Below, piece after piece: positions 8,470-18,383 of a DNA stretch of 64,000 bases. The stretch is taken from the NCBI GenBank assembly GCA_959020415.1, contig CAUERX010000001.1, forward strand, positions 15,442 through 79,441. The letters are read 5' to 3'. The translations under genes and the position numbers were made by a program. Each line of letters begins with the position of its first letter. Position 1 is the stretch's first letter. The notes beneath the pieces are model-generated. The model was not told the origin of the DNA and made no database searches. It was given only the letters and a program-made list of their open reading frames with translations. The DNA is from an uncultured bacterium (GTDB lineage Bacteria > Bacillota_I > Bacilli_A > RF39 > UBA660).

Positions 8470-10962
8470 ATGCAATTTTTAAAGAAAATATTTGATCATG
8501 AATATAAAGAATTAGAACGTTTTAAAAATATAGCTGATAAGATTGAAGAATTAGATAGTGAAATGAGTGAGCTTTCTGATAAGAAACTTAAGGCAAAAAC
8601 TAAAGAGTTTCAGGATCGTATAGCCGAAGGAGAAACCGTTGAGGATGTTTTAGTTGAGGCTTTTGCAGTAGCAAGAGAAGCAGCTTATCGTGTTATCGGT
8701 GAAAAACCTTATTATGTTCAATTAATTGGTGGTTTGGCTATTCATTACGGTAATATCGCCGAAATGAAAACTGGTGAAGGAAAAACTTTAACTTCAGTAC
8801 TACCAGCTTATGCTAATGCGCTAACTGGTGATGGAGTACATATTATCACAGTTAATGAATACTTAGCTGGCCGTGATGCTAGTTGGATGGGACAAATCTA
8901 CGAATTTTTGGGATTGACTGTTGGTATTAATTATCGTGATTATTCGCAAAGTGAAAAAAGAGATGCTTATAATTGTGATATCATGTATTCGACCAATAAC
9001 GAAATTGGATTTGATTATTTAAGAGACAACATGGTGGTTAAAGCGGAAGAACGTGTTCAACGACCACTTAATTTTGTAATTATTGACGAGGTGGATTCTG
9101 TATTAATTGATGAAGCAAGAACACCATTAATTATTTCTGGTGGTAGAATGAAATCTGCCAACTTATATATTCAAGCTGATAAATTTGTTAAAGGTTTAAC
9201 GGAAAATGAAGGATATATATATGATGAAAAAACTAAAGCAGTTTCTTTAGATGCTGAAGGAATTAAAAAGGCTGAAAGTTATTTCAATTTAAAAAATTTA
9301 TATGATATTGAACATACTACTTTAGTGCATTTTATTAATCAATCATTACGTGCCAATTATAGTATGAAAAGAGATTTTGATTATGTCGTTCAAGATGGCA
9401 AGATTATTATCGTTGACCAATTCACTGGACGTTTAATGCCGGGGAGAAGTTTTTCTGAAGGGTTACACCAAGCAATTGAAGCTAAAGAAGGTGTAGAAAT
9501 CAATGAGGAGACTAAAACTTTAGCAACTATTACATTCCAAAATTTATTTAGAATGTATAAAAAACTTGCTGGTATGACTGGTACAGCAAAAACTGAAGAA
9601 GAAGAATTTAGAGATATTTATAACATGTATGTTATTCAAATTCCAACTAATAAGCCAGTTATTCGTGAAGATTATGGGGATTTAATTTTTGCAACAGCCG
9701 AAGGTAAGTTTTCAGCTATTGTTAAAGAGATTAAAGAAAGGCATGCTAAAGGTCAACCAGTATTAGTTGGTACAATTGCGGTTGAAAATAGTGAACTTTT
9801 AAGCTCAATGCTAAAAAAAGAACGTATTCCACATGAGGTATTAAACGCTAAAAACAATGCTCGTGAGGCTGAAATTATTGCTAAAGCTGGTGAAAAGGGT
9901 GCTGTTACAATCGCCACTAATATGGCTGGACGTGGTACTGACATCAAATTAGGCGAGGGCGTTAAAGAACTTGGTGGGTTATGTGTTTTAGGTACTGAGA
10001 GACATGAGTCTAGACGTATTGATAACCAACTTAGAGGACGTTCTGGTCGTCAGGGTGATCCAGGAATGACACAGTTTTGTGTTTCATTTGAGGATGAATT
10101 AATGGTTCGTTTTGGAACTGACCGAGCAAAATTAATGCTTCAAAAGATTGGCTTTGATGGAGAGATGAATATTAGAAGTAAATCTTTATCAAAATCAATT
10201 GAGTCAGCGCAAAAGAGGGTTGAGGGTAATAACTTTGATACTCGTAAAACTTTATTAGAATATGACGATGTATTAAATAATCAAAGGGGAATTATTTATG
10301 ATAAGCGTAATCATATATTAGATAGTGAGTCAATCCACCCGGATGTTTTACAAACTTTCTATAATCATATCGAAGCGTTTGTAAAAGATCATGTTAATGA
10401 AGATGGAACCTTAACCGGGTTAGATGTTAGTGAAATTTTAGAGTCAGTTAATCAAAATTTATTACATGATCCACTTGAAATTAGAGAGTTAGATGAACTT
10501 GATGCTGATAGTTTAACACAAACAATTCATGAAGAAGTTGTTAAAGAATATGAAGAAAAGATAAAAGAAATTCCTGGGGAAATTAGAGACGAATTTGAAA
10601 AGGCAGTTTCTCTTAAGGTGATTGATACTCATTGGATGGATCACATTAATGAAATGAGTTTACTCCGTGAAGGTATTCATTTAAGAGGATATGCGCAAGA
10701 AAATCCACTCCGTGCTTATACAGCCGAAGGTTATGAAATGTTTGATAATTTACTTGATACAATAGATGTTGACATTACTCGTTTCTTATTGCATGCAGAG
10801 GTAAGACAAAATACAGAAAGAGAGCAGGTAATAAAAGGTAAAGCGGTTGAGGATCCAAATAAGGTGAAAAAACAGCAGCCCAAAAGAACTAGTAAGATAG
10901 GACGCAATGATCCATGCCCATGTGGTTCGGGTAAAAAGTATAAGAATTGCTGCGGAAAGTAG
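8470..10962 (+). CDS. secA: Preprotein translocase ATPase SecA
   Basis: Walker A MKTGEGKT, DEVD box, C-terminal zinc finger CPCGSGKKYKNCCGK. Start chosen at 8470 (MQFLKKIFD) by SD spacing. Confidence 0.95.
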   Translation: MQFLKKIFDHEYKELERFKNIADKIEELDSEMSELSDKKLKAKTKEFQDRIAEGETVEDVLVEAFAVAREAAYRVIGEKPYYVQLIGGLAIHYGNIAEMKTGEGKTLTSVLPAYANALTGDGVHIITVNEYLAGRDASWMGQIYEFLGLTVGINYRDYSQSEKRDAYNCDIMYSTNNEIGFDYLRDNMVVKAEERVQRPLNFVIIDEVDSVLIDEARTPLIISGGRMKSANLYIQADKFVKGLTENEGYIYDEKTKAVSLDAEGIKKAESYFNLKNLYDIEHTTLVHFINQSLRANYSMKRDFDYVVQDGKIIIVDQFTGRLMPGRSFSEGLHQAIEAKEGVEINEETKTLATITFQNLFRMYKKLAGMTGTAKTEEEEFRDIYNMYVIQIPTNKPVIREDYGDLIFATAEGKFSAIVKEIKERHAKGQPVLVGTIAVENSELLSSMLKKERIPHEVLNAKNNAREAEIIAKAGEKGAVTIATNMAGRGTDIKLGEGVKELGGLCVLGTERHESRRIDNQLRGRSGRQGDPGMTQFCVSFEDELMVRFGTDRAKLMLQKIGFDGEMNIRSKSLSKSIESAQKRVEGNNFDTRKTLLEYDDVLNNQRGIIYDKRNHILDSESIHPDVLQTFYNHIEAFVKDHVNEDGTLTGLDVSEILESVNQNLLHDPLEIRELDELDADSLTQTIHEEVVKEYEEKIKEIPGEIRDEFEKAVSLKVIDTHWMDHINEMSLLREGIHLRGYAQENPLRAYTAEGYEMFDNLLDTIDVDITRFLLHAEVRQNTEREQVIKGKAVEDPNKVKKQQPKRTSKIGRNDPCPCGSGKKYKNCCGK

Positions 10963-11058
10963 CATAAAATAAGGGAAAAACGAATTTTTAAAAATTAACA
11001 AATTTGTTTTTTGTCAACAAATCAAATAAGATGTGGACAAAATCCATTGAAAATAAAG

Positions 11059-11096
11059 GATGTCAGCAAAAATAAATTTGTTGACATCTTTTTTTG
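11059..11096 (+). terminator. Intrinsic terminator downstream of secA, inside the island
   Basis: GATGTCAGCAA-loop-TTGTTGACATC followed by T7. Confidence 0.55.
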
Positions 11097-11111
11097 AGAG
11101 GAGATTATATA

Positions 11112-12038
11112 ATGTGTTGGTGTCTATATTATTTAAAAATTATTGATAATGAAAAAAAGTTGAATTTTGATAGAAAATTTGAAGATGGAGAATTAGATTT
11201 AATATACGAGTGTAATCAAATTCTAGGTGATTTTAATTCATTTTCTGATTATTATTCAATGTTAGACAGTTCATTGCAAGAATTAAAGGAATATATATTA
11301 AAAGTAGAAAATTTTAAATTTAGATTTGCATCTCCCATTATAAAAAAGGGTGTAATTATTGAAATTAATAAAAAGTTTATATGTTTTGCGAGTATGTTTA
11401 AAACTTATTTAGATTACTATGAAGTACAGGTAAAACAAATACATGGTAAAGAATCTAGTGAATTACAAGAATTTAAAAGAAAATGTTCTAAAATTTTTGA
11501 TAAATATTTTGAATATAGATTTTTATATCATTTAAGACATTACTGTGTGCATTACAAATTACCAATTACTAAAGTGTCTCAAAATATAGAAGATAAACAT
11601 AGGATTTTTTATATTGAGAAAGAAAATCTAAAAAATTGGAAAGGTTGGAAACCAATTATAAAAGAAGATATTCAGAATTTGGATAAAGATGTAGATGTTA
11701 AACAATTTATATTAAAAATAGAAAAGATATTAAATGAATTAAATAAGGATATATCCTATTTTAATACCAGTGAAGTTTTAGGTGCAATTAAAATAATGAA
11801 AAAATATGTTAGACCGAGTGAAACTCCTTATATAGTAAAAGAAGAAAAAAGTGCTAATGGTCAGCCAAATTTTAAAATAAAAAATATGATAGATGATTAT
11901 TTTTTAGCAACAAATAATATATTAAAACTAGGCATACTTTCTTGTGCAGTATATAACAAAGAATATGGATTTCAATTCTTTGATCCATTTAATATGATGT
12001 TTACAGAAAAAGAAAAAAAGAAATTTGGATTAGAGTAA
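11112..12038 (+). CDS. Hypothetical island protein with an Rx4H motif (possible HEPN-like)
   Basis: GAGGAG SD before the ATG at 11112. Helical protein with LRHYCVH (R-x4-H). No other recognisable motif. Confidence 0.45.
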   Translation: MCWCLYYLKIIDNEKKLNFDRKFEDGELDLIYECNQILGDFNSFSDYYSMLDSSLQELKEYILKVENFKFRFASPIIKKGVIIEINKKFICFASMFKTYLDYYEVQVKQIHGKESSELQEFKRKCSKIFDKYFEYRFLYHLRHYCVHYKLPITKVSQNIEDKHRIFYIEKENLKNWKGWKPIIKEDIQNLDKDVDVKQFILKIEKILNELNKDISYFNTSEVLGAIKIMKKYVRPSETPYIVKEEKSANGQPNFKIKNMIDDYFLATNNILKLGILSCAVYNKEYGFQFFDPFNMMFTEKEKKKFGLE

Positions 12039-12134
12039 AAATAACATAATATGATTAGTAAAAAGTGTAGTTAAAAGTTGCTACACTTTTTTGTTGTAAA
12101 ATAATAATGATCAAAAAGAAAGGGAGATGATAAG

Positions 12135-13369
12135 ATGATCAATATTAGAAAAAGAGGAAATGTATATCAGTATTGTTTTGAAGCAGGAAAAGTAAATGGA
12201 AAAAGAAAACAAATTACTAAATCAGGTTTTAAAACTAAAAACGAAGCATATATAGCGGGACAACAAGCCTATGATAAATTCATAAATGGAGAAAAAGTTA
12301 ATGAATGTGAGATGTTGTATTCTGAATATTTAGATTATTGGATGAAAGAATATTTTGAAGTAAATTATAAATATTCTACAGCAAAAAGATATAGAGAATC
12401 TTTTAGTAATATAAAAAAAGAATTAGGTAATTATAAATTATCAAAATTAACACCATATATTCTTAATCAAGCATTATTAAAATTGTATCAAACATCTAAC
12501 AAGAAAGAGGCATTAAGGAATTATCAGAAAGTAATTAAAAGTTCTTTAAGAGATGCAACGTATTATTTTGGATTTATTAAAAATAATCCAGCAGGTGATT
12601 TGCAAATACCTAGAGTATTATCATTTGAATTAAAAAAAACGATGTAGGTCACATTTATACTAATGAAGAAATAGAAATTATCTTGAATAGATTTAAAGAT
12701 AATAAAGTGTTTATATGTGCATTTTTTACCGCTTGTTACACAGGAATGAGAACAGGAGAGGTATTTGCTTTAACTTGGGATGATATTGATTTAGATAATA
12801 GAATTATAAAAATAAATAAAACTGTATATGCCAAAGATAACGAGAAAAAAGGTAGATGGTATTTAGGCACAACTAAAACAGTTGGAAGTTGTAGAGAAGT
12901 TTATATTTGTGACACTCTATATTTAGTACTGTGTAATTATAAAAAATTACAAAATAAGTACAAGAAAGAGTATGGAAAGAAGTATAAACAATATGTATTA
13001 GAAGAAGAAAGAAATAAGTATGGTAAGTTAATAGAATATAAGGTTGTAGAAAATAATTCTAAACGTAATAGAGTAAAAATGGTATTTACAAGAAAAGATG
13101 GCACGTATTCTGGAAAAGATATTGTTAAATATCCATTTAGAATTATTCATCACGAACTAGGAATAAAATGCAGGTTTTATGATTTGAGGGGAAGTTTTGC
13201 AACTATTAGTTTAAGAAACGGTTGTGAGATAAAAGATATTGCTGAAGTATTAGGTCATAAGAGAATAGAAACTACAGAAAGATATTATGTTTTAAGTAAA
13301 AGTGAAGATAAGAAACAAGTAACTAAATTATTTGAAATTAGTAGAAATTTTAATAATTTTAATGTATAA
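12135..13369 (+). pseudogene. Tyrosine recombinase/integrase, frameshifted at an A8 run
   Basis: N-terminal arm/SAM-like part is 12135-12647; catalytic part continues in another frame (...RTGE...HKRIETTERYY). The frames meet at A8 (12632-12639). Confidence 0.8.
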
Positions 13370-13406
13370 TGGTATAAATAATACCTAACTTGAAAGGAAG
13401 ATAAAT

Positions 13407-13847
13407 ATGATAAATGAAGAATATGAATTTTTCATTGCTGGAAGAGCAAGAAATAAAGAAAATATATTAAAAATATGTGATATTTTTGATAAATATAACA
13501 TTTCTTATTATTGCTTTCTAAAAAATGAAGATAATTGGGGATATGGAAATAAAAATCAAACACCAGAAGAAAGACAACAAGAGTTTGAATCATTGGGATT
13601 AAAAAGTGATATTGTTCTAAATTTATTTAAACAAGATTTAGAAGGTGAAAAGAGATCAAAAAATTTATTACTTGTATTACCAGCCGGTAAAGCAGCTCAT
13701 ATAGAATCAGGAATAGCTTATGGTATGGGCAAAAAATGTTATGCAATAGGTGAATACGAAGCAACAGATACGTTATATAATATTTTTGAAGAAATATTTT
13801 GTACAGAAAAAGAGTTAGAAGAATTTTTGAGTAAGTATATCAGATAA
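13407..13847 (+). CDS. Nucleoside 2-deoxyribosyltransferase-like protein
   Basis: FFIAGRAR N-terminal strand-loop and AGKAAHIESGIAYGMGKKCYAIGE, resembling the NDT-fold catalytic Glu segment. GAAAGGAAG SD. Confidence 0.5.
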   Translation: MINEEYEFFIAGRARNKENILKICDIFDKYNISYYCFLKNEDNWGYGNKNQTPEERQQEFESLGLKSDIVLNLFKQDLEGEKRSKNLLLVLPAGKAAHIESGIAYGMGKKCYAIGEYEATDTLYNIFEEIFCTEKELEEFLSKYIR

Positions 13848-14085
13848 AAAATATTATTGATTTTGCACATTTGATATACTATATAAAATATAGTATACTT
13901 ATATTGGTGAACGGATGTGGAATGTGGACATTGTCCTCAATTTGTCCACAGTAGATAAAATATTTATAGTAAAGATAGTACCAATAATACTAATAATACG
14001 GATGTTACCTTGTACCAGTATTAAAGAACATACTGATAACACTATAAATACTAATAATATTGATAATATAGGAAAGTCCACTACA

Positions 14086-14127
14086 TGCGGTAGTGGTAAA
14101 AAATATAAACATTGCTGCGGGAAGTAG
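14086..14127 (+). repeat. Displaced copy of the secA 3' end (att-associated repeat)
   Basis: TGCGGTAGTGGTAAAAAATATAAACATTGCTGCGGGAAGTAG encodes CGSGKKYKHCCGK*. Compare secA 10921-10962, CGSGKKYKNCCGK*. Shared ATTGCTGCGG block. Confidence 0.75.
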
Positions 14128-14134
14128 GTAACTT

Positions 14135-14641
14135 ATGGCACAAAATAATATTGTTTATACTAAAGCTAGAGACTTTATTAGTCGTAATCCAGGGACAATT
14201 GCTTGGAGGCTTAGGGCTCATTGTAAAGTGGCTCAAAAGCACATTAATAACGATGAAGAAGTTTTATATGTGTTTGCTGCCCAAAAGGGTGCTAGTGCAT
14301 GGGATATGATTAGTACACACGTTGTTGTTGTAACTAATAAACGTTTAGTAGTAGCACAAAAGAGGTTGATTTTTGGTTATTTCTATTATAGTATTACACC
14401 AGATATGTTTAATGATTTCACAATTAAAATGGGACTTGTTTGGGGAAGAGCTATTATAGATACAGTTAAAGAAACCGTTGTTCTTTCTAATTTGTCTCGC
14501 ACAGCTTTGCAGGAAATTGAAACAGTGCTTTCTAAGTACACGATGCAAAAGAAACGCGATTATGAAACTGAAGTATCTGAAGAGGAAAGAGCCAAATTAC
14601 ATAGTGAACTTGAGAAAATGTCTAAAGAAGGTGAAAAATAG
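14135..14641 (+). CDS. Hypothetical protein, bacterial PH-domain-like
   Basis: Pattern EEVLYVF...VVVTNKRLVV is typical of bPH/YokE-like folds. Starts 8 nt after the displaced secA stop. Confidence 0.45.
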   Translation: MAQNNIVYTKARDFISRNPGTIAWRLRAHCKVAQKHINNDEEVLYVFAAQKGASAWDMISTHVVVVTNKRLVVAQKRLIFGYFYYSITPDMFNDFTIKMGLVWGRAIIDTVKETVVLSNLSRTALQEIETVLSKYTMQKKRDYETEVSEEERAKLHSELEKMSKEGEK

Positions 14642-14712
14642 TCTTTACTATTTCACCTTTTTTCTTGAAATAAGACTTATAATTATATATAATTTATATA
14701 GGAGGTAGTAGT

Positions 14713-15942
14713 ATGAAGTATTTACTTAAGACTTTGTTAATATTACTAGTCTTATTATTCTCCTTAAAATTAGTGATTCATATTTTTGATAAAGGCCATC
14801 ATGTTGATTATTCAATTGGAAATTTTAGCATTGATGAAACTTTAAAAGTAGATAGTTTGGACAAGACTGATAACTATTATTTTAAAATTAGTCACGAAAA
14901 ATTTAAGATGAATTTCCAAGTATTTAAAGATTATAATAAAAGTGAAAAGGTAATTAGTAAGATTAGGTATTATGATGCTGGCGAATATAAATGTATTTTA
15001 CCTATTTTTAAAGGTGGCGACATTTTAACTGATATAATGTGTGTTAAGGATGGGAATATTACTTATTATCACGATCTAGACAATGAGAAGGTAGATAAGT
15101 TTGCTTTGTCTTTAAAGAAAGATGGATATAATAAAGATGATTATAAGGATAAAAACACTGCTAAAAGATTATCAAATACGCAGACACTTTATGAGAAAAA
15201 CTTAATTGATAATCATTATTTGGCTATGGAATCTTATAGAGGTCTTACTTTGGTGAATAGTTCTGTTAAAACGGTGAAATTATTTGATAATGATGTTTAT
15301 AAGAAGCCAGTGAGTATTTTTACTGATAAATATTATATTGTTGCAGATTATAATGAAGAATATACATTTAAGAAATTTTTCGTAGTTAATTTAATTAATG
15401 GGAATGTTAAGGAAATTCGCAGTTATAATGAAATTTCTTTTGATTCAGTAATAGAGGGTGTAGTTGGTGACGACGTTTATATTTTCGACAAAGATGCTGA
15501 AACTCAGTACAAAATTAGTTTAAAGTATGAAAATGTTGAGAAAATTGCGAGTAAAGATGACATAAAATATTATAATGGCAAATGGACGACGATGACTTTA
15601 AATGAGGCACTGGATGGCAAATTATTTGATAATTATTATAGTTCAGATATTGATGGTTATGATAGAGTTAATAAAATTGGTAAGGATGAGGGATTTTATT
15701 ATCTTTATAAAAAAGAAGACGATAAATATTTAGTTTATCGTGCGGATATTCAAAATCCAAAAATGAAAACATATTTATTTACAACTACTGATTTACAAAG
15801 CGTTATATATTTAAATGATTATATTTATTTTAAAAATGGTATGACATTGTACTATTATAGTTCAAATGGGGTGCGCAAGGTAATTGAAAATTCAGAACTT
15901 GAGTTTAATACGGATATTTCTTTTGGTGCTTATATAAAATAA
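14713..15942 (+). CDS. Membrane-anchored hypothetical protein
   Basis: Single N-terminal TM helix, GGAGG SD, long Tyr/Asp/Lys-rich extracytoplasmic part. Confidence 0.5.
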   Translation: MKYLLKTLLILLVLLFSLKLVIHIFDKGHHVDYSIGNFSIDETLKVDSLDKTDNYYFKISHEKFKMNFQVFKDYNKSEKVISKIRYYDAGEYKCILPIFKGGDILTDIMCVKDGNITYYHDLDNEKVDKFALSLKKDGYNKDDYKDKNTAKRLSNTQTLYEKNLIDNHYLAMESYRGLTLVNSSVKTVKLFDNDVYKKPVSIFTDKYYIVADYNEEYTFKKFFVVNLINGNVKEIRSYNEISFDSVIEGVVGDDVYIFDKDAETQYKISLKYENVEKIASKDDIKYYNGKWTTMTLNEALDGKLFDNYYSSDIDGYDRVNKIGKDEGFYYLYKKEDDKYLVYRADIQNPKMKTYLFTTTDLQSVIYLNDYIYFKNGMTLYYYSSNGVRKVIENSELEFNTDISFGAYIK

Positions 15943-15953
15943 GGAGGGACATA

Positions 15954-17210
15954 ATGACAAAGCTTGGATTAGTTTTATCTGGTGGTGGTTCTAAAGGAGC
16001 TTATCAGATTGGTGTTTATAGAGCACTTAGGAAACTTGGGAAAAGGCCAGAAATAGTAACAGGAACTTCAATTGGTGCAGTTAACGGTTTGTTAATAGTT
16101 CAAGGCGATTTATACAAGGCAGCTAAGCTTTGGAAGAATATGTCTTTTTCGACTGTTTATGATGAAGAATCTTTTCATGTATGTGAAAACCCTGATATAG
16201 CGGAAATATATAGCCAATATGTTAAGTCTTTTATTTCAGAAGGCGGAATGGATGTTACTAAGTTGATGGCGATATTTGATCAACTATATGAGCCGCGCAA
16301 TTTCTTTGATTCACCAATTAATTATGGATTAGTTACATATAATTATTCTCAGAATAAGCCTGTAATGATGACAAAAAAGGATTTAAAACCAGAAACCGTT
16401 AAAGACTATGTGGTGGCTTCTGCTTCTTGTTATCCAGCATTTAAACCATATAAAATTGGCGATGAAATTTATATTGATGGTGGCTATTATGATAATTTGC
16501 CAATTAATTTAGCAATTGATTTAGGTGCTGAAGAGGTTGTTGCGGTTGATTTAAAGGCTGTTGGTTTTAAACGTGAACCAAAAAAGGATATTCCAATAAC
16601 GGTTATTGCACCGCGTAATAAGATTGTTTCTTTCTTAGTTTTTGATAAGATGAAATCACGTGAGGCATTACGTTTTGGCTATAATGATACTATGAAGACT
16701 TATGGCAAGCTTGATGGTGATAGATTTACTTTTAAAAAAGGGAACTTGGTTCGTAATTACAATAAATATGCGGAGACTTTTGAAAATGAAGTGCATAAAA
16801 TTATTTCAAATTTAGAGGGCGGTATGCTTGGAAAAATAGCTCAATCTACAATTTTTCAAACTATTGTGAAGAACAAGTTATCTTATCGTAATTTTAATAA
16901 GTTAGTTGAAAAAGCTGGAGCTTGTTTTGGCTTTCAAGAAGATGTTGTTTATAATATCAAAACTTATAATAAAGGATTGTTTAATGAACTTTCTGAAATG
17001 TTACCGATAAGCCGTGAAGTTATAGTGTCAAAAATTAAGAAGAATGAATTTAAGAAAATTATTGATACTAGACAAATCGTAAGATTCTTTTATGATGCGA
17101 TTGTTAATAATAGTTTAGAGGGAACTTTTAAGTTTTTACCAATATTTTCTGATGAGTTTTTAATTGCTTTATATATTTATGTAATCAAGGGAAGGCATAA
17201 TTTTTATTAA
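15954..17210 (+). CDS. Patatin-like phospholipase
   Basis: GLVLSGGGSKGAYQIG oxyanion motif, GTSIG nucleophile elbow, DGG catalytic Asp motif. Confidence 0.85.
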   Translation: MTKLGLVLSGGGSKGAYQIGVYRALRKLGKRPEIVTGTSIGAVNGLLIVQGDLYKAAKLWKNMSFSTVYDEESFHVCENPDIAEIYSQYVKSFISEGGMDVTKLMAIFDQLYEPRNFFDSPINYGLVTYNYSQNKPVMMTKKDLKPETVKDYVVASASCYPAFKPYKIGDEIYIDGGYYDNLPINLAIDLGAEEVVAVDLKAVGFKREPKKDIPITVIAPRNKIVSFLVFDKMKSREALRFGYNDTMKTYGKLDGDRFTFKKGNLVRNYNKYAETFENEVHKIISNLEGGMLGKIAQSTIFQTIVKNKLSYRNFNKLVEKAGACFGFQEDVVYNIKTYNKGLFNELSEMLPISREVIVSKIKKNEFKKIIDTRQIVRFFYDAIVNNSLEGTFKFLPIFSDEFLIALYIYVIKGRHNFY

Positions 17211-17317
17211 TTTGGTTTTACATAGGGAGTGCCTAAAACATATGTAATATAGTGTTTTTAGGCATTTTTCTTGTTATTTATTTGCTATGTGTGTTATAAT
17301 CTTAGAAGGTGATATGA

Positions 17318-18337
17318 ATGAAAAAGACAGTTTTAACGGGCATTAGGCCAACAGGTAATTTACATTTTGGACATTATTTTGGAGCTTGTCAAAACTGGCT
17401 AAAACTTCAAGATAATTCAAATTATGATTTTTATTTGGAAATAGCGGATATTCAGGCTTTAACTGATAATTTTGATAATCCAGAGAAAGTGAGAACTAAT
17501 GTTCGCGAGATAACGATTGATATGCTTTCTATTGGCATCGATCCAGAAAAGATCCATTTGTTTATTCAATCAAAGATACCAGAAATTGCTGAATTAACAG
17601 TACTTTATTCAAATTTGGTAACAATGGCAAGATTATATCGTAATCCTACTGTGAAGACAGAAATTGCTCAGAAAAAGGCTTTATTTGGGCATGACGGTGA
17701 AAGTGTAACCTATGGTTTTGTAGGTTATCCTGTTTCACAGGCTGCTGATATTACGGCTTTTGATGGCCAGCTTATTCCAGTTGGTGAGGATCAATTGCCT
17801 TTAATTGAACAATGCCGCGAAATAGTTCGCAAATTTAATTCTATCTATGGAGATACGTTACGTGAGCCAGAGCCTTTATTATCAGAGACTCCGCGTATTA
17901 AAGGTCTTGATGGCGGGGAAAAGATGGGAAAAAGTTTAGGTAATGGTATTTTCCTTGCTGATGACGAGGAAACTATTAAGAAGAAAATTATGGGGGCAGT
18001 AACAGACCCTGATAAAATTCATAAGGATGACCCGGCTAACCCAGATGTTTGTATGGTTTTTTATTATCACAAATTAATTGGAAGTAATAATTTAGAAAAT
18101 ATATGTAAGGAATGTAAGAGTGGTAAGCGGGGATGTGTTGGTTGTAAGAAAGAATTGGTAGGTAATATGTTAGACTTTTTAAAACCAATTCATGAAAAAA
18201 GGGCCTACTATGAAACACATCCAGAATTCGTTGATGAAATTCTTATCAAAGGAACAAAGAAAGCTCGTAAGAAATCTACTCAGGTTATGAAACAGGTAAA
18301 ACACGCTATAAAAATTGATTATTTTGAAAATGATTAG
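17318..18337 (+). CDS. trpS: Tryptophan--tRNA ligase
   Basis: TGIRPTGNLHFGHY (HIGH-type) and KMGKS (KMSKS) motifs, class Ic size. Extended -10 TGTGTTATAAT upstream. Confidence 0.95.
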   Translation: MKKTVLTGIRPTGNLHFGHYFGACQNWLKLQDNSNYDFYLEIADIQALTDNFDNPEKVRTNVREITIDMLSIGIDPEKIHLFIQSKIPEIAELTVLYSNLVTMARLYRNPTVKTEIAQKKALFGHDGESVTYGFVGYPVSQAADITAFDGQLIPVGEDQLPLIEQCREIVRKFNSIYGDTLREPEPLLSETPRIKGLDGGEKMGKSLGNGIFLADDEETIKKKIMGAVTDPDKIHKDDPANPDVCMVFYYHKLIGSNNLENICKECKSGKRGCVGCKKELVGNMLDFLKPIHEKRAYYETHPEFVDEILIKGTKKARKKSTQVMKQVKHAIKIDYFEND

Positions 18338-18383
18338 TATTTAATATTAATCATTTTTTTTAGCTATTTGGGTATATTTTAAT

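Larger units (their letters stand above)
10963..14127 (+). mobile_element. Degenerate integrative island in the 3' end of secA
   Basis: Bounded by two versions of the last 14 secA codons (10921-10962 and 14086-14127, 34/42 nt identical). Contains a frameshifted tyrosine recombinase. TGTGGACA motifs near both ends. Confidence 0.7.

Noticed and set aside
13915-14127. 70-aa ORF ending in CGSGKKYKHCCGK.
   Set aside because: Only the last ~14 codons are meaningful, being the displaced secA tail. The upstream part is AT-rich island-end DNA with repeat motifs and no SD.
17211-17317. Expected a T-box leader upstream of trpS.
   Set aside because: The gap is only ~107 nt. It is occupied by the upstream gene's terminator and a promoter with an extended -10, leaving no room for a specifier-loop/antiterminator structure.
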